From: Lewinellaceae bacterium
GTDB taxonomy: Bacteria; Bacteroidota; Bacteroidia; Chitinophagales; Saprospiraceae
NCBI GenBank assembly: GCA_020636215.1
Contig: JACJYG010000004.1
Coordinates: 866,142 to 930,141 of the forward strand
Reading direction: 5' to 3'
DNA: 64,000 bases
Shown here in pieces: positions 36,156 to 45,198 of the stretch (its first letter is position 1; every line of letters begins with the position of its first letter). The translations under genes were made by a program, and so were the position numbers. The notes under the pieces were generated by a model. The model made no database searches and was not told the DNA's origin. It saw nothing but the letters and a program-made list of their open reading frames with translations.

Positions 36156-36683
36156 TTAGGCCCGGCGTTCCCGGATGGACTCCTCATACATCTTCTGCAA
36201 TTTTTTACGAGCGAAGAAAATGCGGCTTTTGATCGTGCCCAGGGGAGAACCCAGTTCTTCGGCGATTTCGTCATACTTAAAGCCTTCGAAGGCCATCATA
36301 AAGGGTTGGCGAAAATCGTCGGGCAGGGAATCTACCATTTTCATCAGTTCGTTGTAAGCGACATTATTCTCACCGTCATTATCCACCGATTTATCACTGG
36401 AGTTGAGGTAATAATTATTGGGTGTCTGATCGATGATCATATTACGGCGCACTTTCTTCCTGTAATTATTAATGAAGATATTGCGCATGATAGTCACTGC
36501 CCACGCCTTGAAATTGGTGCCCTGCCGGTACTTATCAGCATTAGTGATAATCCTCAGGGCAGTATCCTGATAGAGGTCCTCCGCGTCTACGGCGTTTCCC
36601 GTCAGTTTCAGGGAAAAAGCCCGGAGTGAACTACTGATCGCATCCAGTTGTTCCTGAATTTGATCTTGGATGGCATATAACAT
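36156..36683 (-). CDS. ECF-type RNA polymerase sigma-70 factor
   Basis: 175 aa. Region 2 (DLYQDTALRI, FKAWAVTIMRNIFINNYRK) and region 4 (YDEIAEELGSPLGTIKSRIFFARKKL). Confidence 0.85.
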   Translation of the reverse strand: MLYAIQDQIQEQLDAISSSLRAFSLKLTGNAVDAEDLYQDTALRIITNADKYRQGTNFKAWAVTIMRNIFINNYRKKVRRNMIIDQTPNNYYLNSSDKSVDNDGENNVAYNELMKMVDSLPDDFRQPFMMAFEGFKYDEIAEELGSPLGTIKSRIFFARKKLQKMYEESIRERRA

Positions 36684-36963
36684 AGCAGGTGATTTTAAAT
36701 TTATATTCGGATGATCCGATTGTAATTATTATTTACAAATCTACAGTTTGAACATCATTTTTGCAAAAAAAATTTGCTTTTTAAAGCCCTAAACTTTGTT
36801 AAGTGTATCTGTTTTGACACTTGGATGGCATTTCTAAAAAAAATCGTTAAAAACCTTAACACTTTTAAACTAAGCGAAAATTCAGTTGTACTTATTTTAA
36901 ATGGATTCATCGGGCCCTTAGCCCATTTGATCGAAAAAACTTGTAGGAAAAGCAGGATACCCA

Positions 36964-37479
36964 ATGAATGTCAGCCAACAGTACCCATCTACTATTTATT
37001 TACAGCAGAACCTCCGTCTGTTGCGAAAGCGACTCAAAATGAGCCAGGAGGAGTTGGCCAACCGCGTAGGCCTCAACCGGGGCAATATTGCTTCCTACGA
37101 AAATGGCACCGCCGAACCTAAGATCTGCAATCTGCTGAAATTGTCCAGCCTTTTTGAAGTCTCTATCATTGACCTGACTCAAAAAGACCTCCGCGATTCC
37201 CAGTCGCTGGATGATGCCAACGAAGCCTTCCAGCAATTTTCTACTTCTGACCTGGAACTGCTGCAACAGCACCTGCTTCGGGCGGAAGAGCTGAAAGAAG
37301 TCGTGCACAGCATCCATACCTGTTTTAGCTTTCGCACCCGTTCTATAGAGGACATTCACGCCAATAAAGAGCTGCACATGGCGGCAATGAAGTTTGAAGA
37401 ACTCTTTGAAGCCACGCAGGAACTCCTTCGCAACCATCATTCCCTTATCGATTTCATTAAGTGCCACTGCCATAAGTGA
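36964..37479 (+). CDS. XRE-family helix-turn-helix transcriptional regulator
   Basis: 171 aa. LRLLRKRLKMSQEELANRVGLNRGNIASYENG. Divergent from the ECF sigma gene across an AT-rich 280-bp spacer. Confidence 0.75.
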   Translation: MNVSQQYPSTIYLQQNLRLLRKRLKMSQEELANRVGLNRGNIASYENGTAEPKICNLLKLSSLFEVSIIDLTQKDLRDSQSLDDANEAFQQFSTSDLELLQQHLLRAEELKEVVHSIHTCFSFRTRSIEDIHANKELHMAAMKFEELFEATQELLRNHHSLIDFIKCHCHK

Positions 37480-37617
37480 TTGTTTGTATAGTTAAGATGG
37501 ATTTTCTTCATTAGGCCACACCAATAAGCCTCTCTTTAAATATTCTTCTCCTTCATATAACTTTTTTACAAAACTGTCGTAAAAGGGAAAGAACAGTATC
37601 CAAAAATCGTTTATCCC

Positions 37618-38454
37618 ATGAAAAATCTGACGTTCCTGGCAGCGCTGTTGCTGCCCCTTTCCCTCTTTTCTACCCCACCACAAAATGTAATTTTCATTGA
37701 TGCCAGCCTTCCGGAGGCCCGCCAACAAGCCGCCCGGGAAGGCAAATTATTGTTCATCCACTTTGCAGCCGGATGGTGTATGCCCTGTCAGTGGATGGAG
37801 CAGAATACCTTTACCGACCCGATCCTGGCCAGCTACCTGGAGGACACTTATATTGCCCTGCGGGCCGACGTCGATGAGGCTTCAGGATACGCCTTGCAAA
37901 AGCAATTCAAAGTGAAAGTATTGCCCACTATTCTCACTTTCAATACCCGTGGGCAATTACTGGGCCGGCACGAAGGCGCCATGGAAGCCGAAGCGCTGCT
38001 CGAACAGCTCCACGCTTATGACCAATCAGAGAACCGAATGCCCTCGAGCAGCGAACCGGAAGAAGCTGGCCTTTTGTCCAGCCCCCGGCCTATCCTTCAG
38101 CTTTCCCGGCCGGCGCTGCTTCCGGATGTTCCGGCGGCCCGGCCGGCAAGCCTTCCTTTTCCTACCACGACGTCGGCCCCGGCAGTTGCTACCAGTTACG
38201 CCAGCCGCCAACAGCACACCTTTTTCGCCATTCAGGCCGGACTGTTCTCCTCCTACGAAAATGCCGTGCGCGAGAGCGCCAAATTGGAAAAGTCCACCAA
38301 AGGGCCCGTCCGGCTGGCTCCCGACTCCAGCAGCGGCCAAACGATATACCGCATCTTCCTGGGCCAGTTTGGCCAACGGGAAGACGCCAGGATTTATTTA
38401 AAAGAGCTGGAAGCCCGGGGCATCGATGGTTTTATCAAGGAAATCGGAGATTAG
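37618..38454 (+). CDS. Secreted thioredoxin-fold protein with a C-terminal SPOR domain
   Basis: 278 aa with a signal peptide. CxxC motif WCMPCQ. C-terminal SPOR-like FFAIQAGLFSSYENA...YRIFLGQFGQREDARIYLKELEARG. Confidence 0.7.
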   Translation: MKNLTFLAALLLPLSLFSTPPQNVIFIDASLPEARQQAAREGKLLFIHFAAGWCMPCQWMEQNTFTDPILASYLEDTYIALRADVDEASGYALQKQFKVKVLPTILTFNTRGQLLGRHEGAMEAEALLEQLHAYDQSENRMPSSSEPEEAGLLSSPRPILQLSRPALLPDVPAARPASLPFPTTTSAPAVATSYASRQQHTFFAIQAGLFSSYENAVRESAKLEKSTKGPVRLAPDSSSGQTIYRIFLGQFGQREDARIYLKELEARGIDGFIKEIGD

Positions 38455-38555
38455 AGTGGAATAGGATTTTGCTTATCTTGGCACCTGAAATGATACGCAC
38501 CCCGCCCGTAGGGGCGGAGTCGATACTACCTAAAGCATCTTAGCAGCATCCCCTT

Positions 38556-39986
38556 ATGAAAAAGCTACTCCTTCTCTTTTCCGCCCTGGCGTTCAGCCTG
38601 CTATTAACCGCTCAAACTCCTTTCGCCGATATCAACACAGAAATTGCAGCCGGGAATTTTCAAAAAGCACAGGAAATGATCCGGGGCCGCGTGGCGCATG
38701 GGGGGCTCCCAGACACGGCCGTTTACAACCTGGAACTACAATCCGCCCTGCTGGATCGCATCCGGATCGACTTCAACCGCGACGAGGCTTATGTACGAAA
38801 GACGCTGCAACCCTACTACCCCACGCTCAGCGAGGAACAGCTCCAGGCCTGGGAACAATCCGGCGACCTGGAAATGCGTGTCATTGAAGGAAAAAAACGC
38901 TATTTCCGTAATGCGGTATGGAACCTGTTCCGCGTCAACGCCGAAGCAAAAGCCCAACGGAAGGAGGTGGATGGGCCCCAGAAGGACGATCTGGCCCTTT
39001 TCCTGCAAGCCTATTTGCCTCAGGGGGTTAATAACATCAAGGAAAGTGCCGGAGTTACTGCTACCCCCCGACAGATCCGGATCACTTATACCCTCCGGGT
39101 AGAACCAGATGCCGTACCGGCGGGGGAAATGATCCGCGCCTGGCTCCCCTACCCCCGCGCCAGCCGCGGCCGCCTGGGGCCGGTGCAATTGATCAGCAGT
39201 AGCCAACCTTTTTACATCATTGCTCCATTGGCCTATCCACATACTTCTATTTATATGGAACAGCCGGCCCGGGCCAATGAGGAAGCCGTATTCCAGTTCC
39301 AGGCGGAATACACGGCCTACGATGAGTGGTACGAGCTTCGGGAACTGGATATTCAACCCTATGACACCAGCAGTGAATTGTACCAGCAGTTCACCAGTGA
39401 ACGAGCGCAGCACATTCGCTTTACACCACAATTGAAAGCCTTATCCGAAAAAATTGTCGGCGAGGAAAAAGACCCGGTGCAAAAAGCCTGGCTCTTGTAC
39501 CAATGGATCGGTGAAAACATTCCCTGGGCCAGCGCGCTGGAATACTCCACCATGCCCAACATCCCCTCCTACTGCATCCAGCACAGAAGGGGCGACTGCG
39601 GCATGAAAAGCCTGTTGTTTATCACCCTTTGCCGCTACAACGGCATTCCCGCCAAATGGCAAAGCGGCTGGTTCCTCTACCCAGACAACCTGAACCTGCA
39701 CGATTGGTCGGAACTATATTTCGAAGGCCTGGGCTGGGTTCCAGTCGATCCCGATTTCAACCTCCAGGACATTAATAATAACGAGGACGCCCGCTCCTTC
39801 TTCTTCGGCGGCGCCGACGCCTACCGCCTCATCGTCAACGACGACTTTTCCGGCCCCTTCTTCCCGGCCAAGATCCACCCGCGCAGCGAAACGGTGGACT
39901 TCCAGCGGGGAGAGGTGGAATGGCGGGGCGGAAATTTGTATTTTGACCAATGGGATTATAATATGAAAGTGGAATATGGCCAGTGA
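38556..39986 (+). CDS. Secreted transglutaminase-like domain protein
   Basis: 476 aa with a signal peptide. Transglutaminase core RRGDCGMKSLLFITLCRYNGIPAKWQSGW ... HDWSELY ... PVDPD. Confidence 0.75.
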   Translation: MKKLLLLFSALAFSLLLTAQTPFADINTEIAAGNFQKAQEMIRGRVAHGGLPDTAVYNLELQSALLDRIRIDFNRDEAYVRKTLQPYYPTLSEEQLQAWEQSGDLEMRVIEGKKRYFRNAVWNLFRVNAEAKAQRKEVDGPQKDDLALFLQAYLPQGVNNIKESAGVTATPRQIRITYTLRVEPDAVPAGEMIRAWLPYPRASRGRLGPVQLISSSQPFYIIAPLAYPHTSIYMEQPARANEEAVFQFQAEYTAYDEWYELRELDIQPYDTSSELYQQFTSERAQHIRFTPQLKALSEKIVGEEKDPVQKAWLLYQWIGENIPWASALEYSTMPNIPSYCIQHRRGDCGMKSLLFITLCRYNGIPAKWQSGWFLYPDNLNLHDWSELYFEGLGWVPVDPDFNLQDINNNEDARSFFFGGADAYRLIVNDDFSGPFFPAKIHPRSETVDFQRGEVEWRGGNLYFDQWDYNMKVEYGQ

Positions 39987-40007
39987 GCAGCCCCTTAGGA
40001 GGTTTCT

Positions 40008-40143
40008 GGTTTTTTACCCGGCTGAGTGCAGCGAGGATTTATCCGGCTGACTAGATTTATCCGGCTGACTAGACGGACGGACGGGCAGGTTTTTTACCCG
40101 GCCGATCCCGGCAGTTGTCAGGGGAAGACGGGCTGGTTTCTGG
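40008..40143 (+). repeat. Two abutting core elements: the long variant (40008..40089) and the canonical copy (40088..40143)
   Basis: The long variant matches 10628..10709 with 2 mismatches. The canonical copy is ggttttttacccggccgatcccggcagttgtcaggggaagacgggctggtttctgg. Confidence 0.85.
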
Positions 40144-40300
40144 GGCTAGGCAAAGCCTCCACAATAACAATTGACTACCAAATTTTGGATTTGTTGGCTA
40201 AAAGGTGACAATTTCCACTAAACAGTTGCCAATAAGCGCTAACTGAATATACTGAAACTGCGTCCATCCCGTACTTGTTCCGTCTTAAAAATAAAAGCTC

Positions 40301-40894
40301 ATGCAAGCAGAAGCTATCTGGATAAACGTTCAGGCCAAATTAAAGGCATTTGTGCGGCGAAAGATCCAGGATGACGCCAGCGCCGATGATGTGCTGCAGG
40401 AGGTCTTTCTCAAGATGCACCACAATCTTCCCCAACTTAAAGAGGAAGAAAAAGCGGAATACTGGCTGTTCCGCATTGCCCAGAATGCCGTAAACGATCA
40501 TTTTCGCCAGCAACGCAAACCAGCCCTTCCTTTACCAAAACTGGAAGCTCCTTTTTTAGAAAATGAAGCAGAACAAACTACCCGGGCATTGACGGAAGAA
40601 GTATCTCAGTGGCTGCCCTTCATGCTGGAGTTGCTACCGGAAAAATACCGACAGGCCCTCTACCTTACCGATATTGAAGGCTTATCACAACGGGAACTGG
40701 CGGAAAAGCTACAGATCTCCTACTCCGGCGCCAAATCCAGAGTGCAGCGGGGCCGGGAGAAGCTTCGGGAAGTTGTTTTGCAGTGCTGTGAAGTGGCTAC
40801 CGATAAATACGGTAACGTGCTGGGGTATGAACACAGAGTAAACCAAAAGACAAAAGAGAAAGTAGAACAGGAAGAGGAATGCTGCTCGGAGTAG
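40301..40894 (+). CDS. Sigma-70 family (ECF/SigZ-like) sigma factor with a Cys-containing C-terminal extension
   Basis: 197 aa. Regions 2 and 4 recognisable (YWLFRIAQNAVNDHFR; SQRELAEKLQISYSGAKSRVQRGREKL). C-terminal LQCCEVATDKYGNVLGYE. Confidence 0.75.
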   Translation: MQAEAIWINVQAKLKAFVRRKIQDDASADDVLQEVFLKMHHNLPQLKEEEKAEYWLFRIAQNAVNDHFRQQRKPALPLPKLEAPFLENEAEQTTRALTEEVSQWLPFMLELLPEKYRQALYLTDIEGLSQRELAEKLQISYSGAKSRVQRGREKLREVVLQCCEVATDKYGNVLGYEHRVNQKTKEKVEQEEECCSE

Positions 40895-41068
40895 CCCTGT
40901 CAGCAGTAAACAGTGGGCAGAGGGCAGTTGCCGTGGTGCAGCGTAGCATGGCATCCGGGGAGTTCACCTTTCTATTTAGCGCCGTCAGCCAAGAGAATCT
41001 TCAAAATGCCCGAGCTGCGTCCAAAAAACGATACCGGCGTCTATAGTACAAACAAAAATCATTGAACC

Positions 41069-41851
41069 ATGGAAAAAGCAATCAAGGAAGTCGTTAGGGA
41101 AAAATACACCGAATTTGTTGAAGCGTCGCAAAGCTGTTGCGGCCCGTCCTGCTGCTCGCCCGGCGGCATCGATTTTAGTGAAGGCTACGATAGCCTGGAT
41201 GGCTACGTCAAAGACGCCGACCTGGGACTGGGCTGCGGCCTGCCCACCGAATTTGCCCGCATCCAGGAAGGCCATACCGTGCTGGACCTGGGCTCCGGCG
41301 CCGGCAATGACGTTTTCATCGCCCGCAGCCTGGCCGGCGAAAGCGGCAAAATAATTGGCCTGGACATGACAGAGGCCATGATCGCAAAGGCGCACGCCAA
41401 CAACCGCAAGCTGGGATACCAGAATGTAGAATTCGTACTAGGCGATATCGAAGACATGCCCCTGAAAAGCAACTCCATTGACGTGGCCATCAGCAACTGC
41501 GTGATGAACCTGGTGCCGGATAAGGATAAGGCCTACGCAGAAGTGCACCGCGTACTGCGCCCGGGCGGCCACTTCAGCATCTCAGACATCGTATTGCAGG
41601 GCGAACTGCCACCCCAGTTGCAGGAAGCCGCCGTGCTGTACGCCGGCTGCGTGGCGGGCGCCATGCAAAAGGACGATTACCTGGCCGCCATTGAACGCGC
41701 CGGTTTCACCAACATCCAGATCGATAAGGAACGGCAACTGGAGCTCCCGGATGAACTGCTGCTGGATTTTCTTTCTCCCGATGAGTTGGAGGCTTTCCGC
41801 CGGAACGGGACGGGGATTTTTAGTATTAATGTTTATGGGGAGAAGGCGTAA
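41069..41851 (+). CDS. arsM: Arsenite S-adenosylmethionine methyltransferase
   Basis: 260 aa. N-terminal Cys pairs SCCGPSCCSP, SAM motif VLDLGSGAGNDVF, and VISNCV with the conserved Cys. Confidence 0.85.
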   Translation: MEKAIKEVVREKYTEFVEASQSCCGPSCCSPGGIDFSEGYDSLDGYVKDADLGLGCGLPTEFARIQEGHTVLDLGSGAGNDVFIARSLAGESGKIIGLDMTEAMIAKAHANNRKLGYQNVEFVLGDIEDMPLKSNSIDVAISNCVMNLVPDKDKAYAEVHRVLRPGGHFSISDIVLQGELPPQLQEAAVLYAGCVAGAMQKDDYLAAIERAGFTNIQIDKERQLELPDELLLDFLSPDELEAFRRNGTGIFSINVYGEKA

Positions 41852-41997
41852 GGGTTTCTGGGTTCCTGGGTTCCTGGTTTCTGGTTCCTGGTTCCTGGTT
41901 TCTGGTTTCTGGTTCCTGGTTTCTGGGTTTCTGGGTTTCTGGGTTTCTGGGAGCAACCCAGAAACTCAGGAACCAGAAACCACCCCGCCGTAATACC
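41852..41997. repeat. GGTTYCTGG word array folding back on CCAGAAAC words; the last 82 nt (41916..41997) are identical to 45117..45198
   Basis: Begins at the first nucleotide after the arsM stop. Track ORFs 41582..41956 and 41691..41993 are artefacts. Confidence 0.9.
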
Positions 41998-42034
41998 GCC
42001 TGCGCTAGCTACCCTTCACCCGGCGCCCATAGCC

Positions 42035-42685
42035 CTACTCCACCACATAAAAACAATACCCCCCGAATTTATAAAACAGATCATCCGGATCTGATAGAAT
42101 CCAGGCATTATAGTGCGGGTCGGGGCTGTCAGACAACAGGCCGATGTTGTTGTCGGAGCCGCCGTTGAGGGTGACCCGGGCGTCTGAGCTAATGTATTTG
42201 CATTTACCAGGAAAGTCCTGCCATTCATCCACCGGGAATAATGCGGATCCTTGTTCCAAATAATACAGGCCCGGCTCCCTGGGAACCAGCTTGAACGCCA
42301 ACGAATAAACCCCGTTTTCGTAGTTGTACTGTCCCAGCAGTTCTTCCCCAACTCTTTGGTAACTATATTCAGGTGAAATGTATACTTCGAAAAATTGCAA
42401 TCCATCGTCAATTGCCGGGAAGGTGTCTATTTTATACATGCCAGTTCCCGGATGAAACCTAAAATTTACCAGGTTGTACGTCCTTTGAGAATTGACTTCA
42501 AATACATCATCACTAAAGGAAGAAGAAATCAATATGGTGTCCCCGATTCTAAAAGTGTCCTTCGCAGGGGATAAACTTGCCAGCAACTCAAATTCATACT
42601 TTACACCGTCGAAATCACAATCTTTATTGATGCAGCCCTGGCATAAGAAGCCAAAAATCAAAGCGAGGAATAGATAATTGGACAT
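42035..42685 (-). CDS. Hypothetical lipoprotein
   Basis: Start chosen at the internal ATG 42685 (MSNYLFLALIFGFLCQGC, lipobox). This removes the overlap with the upstream gene. 216 aa. Confidence 0.55.
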   Translation of the reverse strand: MSNYLFLALIFGFLCQGCINKDCDFDGVKYEFELLASLSPAKDTFRIGDTILISSSFSDDVFEVNSQRTYNLVNFRFHPGTGMYKIDTFPAIDDGLQFFEVYISPEYSYQRVGEELLGQYNYENGVYSLAFKLVPREPGLYYLEQGSALFPVDEWQDFPGKCKYISSDARVTLNGGSDNNIGLLSDSPDPHYNAWILSDPDDLFYKFGGYCFYVVE

Positions 42686-42761
42686 GGCTAATATTTTTTT
42701 GCCACTTCCAAAGCCATTCCACGCATGCGCCAATGGCTTTGGAAGTGAACGGTGAAGTTTT

Positions 42762-44840
42762 CTAATAGCTGTTAAATAAATCGTCGATTCCCTGAGCGGT
42801 ATTCCCGGGCACAGCCGGGAGCAGAACATTGATTACCCTGTCCCGGTACACTTCAATATTACTAACTTGTGGTGTTAATACGGAGAAGAGCTGGCCATTA
42901 AAAAAACCGCTAACATTGTCCACTATTGGGCCACACTGCGGCGGCCTGGTGCGGTCACAGGCATTTGTGTCCAGTACATTAGCAACATCAATCAGGTCAT
43001 GATGTAATCCGATAGGAACGTGGTTGGTGGTGTCATTCCGGGTTGTTTCTAGCCGTCGTTCCCAATCACCAAAAATTGAATTATTCTCCAAGTACCGCCT
43101 GTGTGTATATGTCTCCCCAACATGCTCCGCCCACGACTCACAAACCGCAATCCGCCCCGCATCCTGGCTGTTCTCATCGCCCCAGCCATCGGCGGCAATC
43201 TCCGCTGTCGCTAAAAGCATCCAATAGTTCGGGCCGACATTGGTAAAGTGGGAGGCGTGAGCCAGTTCATGATAAATTACAGACCTCAATACATCAGATT
43301 CCTGAAACCTAACCCCCAGCATCATATCAGGGATTACAGGATAAATGAGGTCGTAGTTTGCAGTCCCCAAAACGTGCCACGCTAAAAAATTAAAAAAATT
43401 GGCCTGCAATAATCCCAGCTCCATAGCAGCATAGACTCTTGCCTGCCCCAGGTATCGCTTCATAAGGGCAAATCCATCTCCCCTGTCACTGGCCAGGAAA
43501 ATATCGAGGTAGGGCGGCGCCGCGATGCCATCCGCCAGCGCCTGGCCCCGGAACTCCGCCAATGCATTGAGTGTGCTGGCCGCTGCCCAGCCGCGGTGGG
43601 CATTGGAGCCCTGGTTTACCCAGGGTTCATAGGTGACGTTGATGTTGTTGTACACCCCGCCGCCCAACTGCCCGATGTAATCGGTGATGGGCAGCACCCC
43701 ACGCCATATTTGCACCGTATTGCCGATGAAGCCCCGCAGCTTCGTTTGGCTGTTCTTAAACTGCACCCACATATAGGCCTTGCCGGATTCCCGGTGGTTG
43801 GCAATGCGCCAGCAGCCGGCTTCCGTCGTCTGCGTCGTTTTTATGCCCAGCCAGCCGTCCCACCAGATTACTTTTGCATCGTTGACTCCTTCTGGCTGGT
43901 TGGTTGGCAAGCGCGTATCTCTCACCCGTATGCACCCGCCCGGCGTCCTTGGGGAGGGAAGGGTACAGCCACAGGCATTAGTGGGCAGGCCGCCACCGTC
44001 GTCATCATCGATATCTTCCAGGCATTGGGGCCAGCCCTCGGGGTTCGTCCAGGGGTTGCAGCCCAGGGTAATGTCACTACACCAGCCCGGGGCCTCTTCG
44101 TCTTCGCAGCCATAATGGCCGTACAGGCAGCACAGGAAATTCGGGCAGTCCGGGTCGCACATTTCTGGGCTTTGCGGCTCCGACGGCATGCCCGGAAGGC
44201 CTTCGTGTTCCAGGCCCGAGCGGCGGAATGCCGCGTAGGCCAGCAATGAAGAATAGGGTGCCAAAACCAGTTCGTCCAGTACCTCATAAGGGACGGTACC
44301 GGGATGCCGGCGCCCTGGGGCAATACCGTGTAAAAAAAGCAGGGAATGGTACCGTGGAATCCATACCTCCTGCGGGTAATAATCCCCATCTGTTCTACCT
44401 CGTAGTTCAGGGGAAATCGAAAAGCACGATGTCGCTGTCCACCAGCAGTTCCAGCTGCGCCATATCCTGGGGGCAAAACCGGAGGTAGGAATGGGTGGCG
44501 GGGAGCTTTTCAATGTTCTGCCGGTACAGGAAATTCCAGGCGTGGGTCATGGTGTCGACGTGGTAGGGGTTTGCGGCTCTCTTGGCGCCCAGGATGGTTG
44601 GAATCAGCCCGCCTTCTTCGCTGGCCCGAAACTCCAGCGGAGCGGAAGGAACGGGCAGCCTGCCTATCCCCTTGTCGGTGTTTTCGGCCAATTGCCGGAG
44701 TTCATCCTTCTGGCAGGACAACAGGGCCAGGGCCAGGAAAACCAACGGCAGGAAGCGCCGCCAAAAGAACGGCTTAACTAATTGACGATCAAGGCTCCGC
44801 CGTTGTGTGTGTGTGTGTTAAATCCCTTCATAAAGCGCAT
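42762..44840 (-). pseudogene. HEXXH zinc-metallopeptidase-like lipoprotein gene, disrupted or phase-off (split across three reading frames)
   Basis: The body (42762..about 44400) carries IYHELAHASHF plus a downstream CESWAEH, and a Cys/Asp-rich module. The signal-peptide part (44407..44745, KPFFWRRFLPLVFLALALLSC) is in another frame and stops at 44407. The only ATGs (44831, 44840) are out of frame across a (CA)7 tract. The first 35 aa of the 583-aa track ORF look like out-of-frame read-through. Confidence 0.55.
44804..44817. repeat. (TG)7 / (CA)7 dinucleotide microsatellite
   Basis: Lies between the candidate ATGs and the lipoprotein signal-peptide coding sequence of the HEXXH gene. Loss of one unit would put them in frame. 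Confidence 0.9.
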
Positions 44841-44996
44841 ATTTAAATTGTGAGTGAAAACAACACCATTTCCTTGCAGCGCAAGCCAGGAAGTGTTTGT
44901 TGAGCAGTAAAACCTTGTGTTGTTCGTTGGAAGGGCCGCGAGGCGCGTCATACAATGTCAAGATAGGGAGATTGGGGGAGAATGGCAAGGGGGGAC

Positions 44997-45198
44997 GGAG
45001 TTTCTGGTTCCTGGTTCCTGGTTTTTTACCCGGCTGATCCCGACAGTTGTCGGGGGAGGACGGGCTGGTTCCTGGGTTTCTCGTTTCTGGGTTCCTGGTT
45101 TCTGGTTTCTGGGTTTCTGGTTTCTGGGTTTCTGGGTTTCTGGGTTTCTGGGAGCAACCCAGAAACTCAGGAACCAGAAACCACCCCGCCGTAATACC
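44997..45198. repeat. Composite element: GGTTYCTGG words, core (45020..45070), more words, then the CCAGAAAC fold-back; the last 82 nt duplicate 41916..41997
   Basis: The core is ggttttttacccggctgatcccgacagttgtcgggggaggacgggctggtt. The right end overlaps the last 10 codons and the stop of ACR3. Confidence 0.9.

Noticed and set aside
36684-36963. AT-rich 280-bp spacer between the ECF sigma and XRE genes as a hidden gene or sRNA
   Set aside because: The only ORFs are short, low-complexity and on both strands, and I could find no stable structure or repeat by eye.
It is most simply a divergent promoter region.
38460-38555. Possible tRNA or small RNA in the spacer after the Trx-SPOR gene
   Set aside because: Only a 6-bp hairpin (ccgccc-gtag-gggcgg) is present.
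There is no cloverleaf, no T-loop GTTCRA motif and no acceptor pairing.
44400-44513. N-terminal 35 residues of the 583-aa track ORF (MKSSPPPIPTSGFAPRIWRSWNCWWTATSCF...)
   Set aside because: This looks like out-of-frame translation of the region that encodes the end of the 112-aa signal-peptide ORF.
I treat it as part of one frameshifted gene instead.
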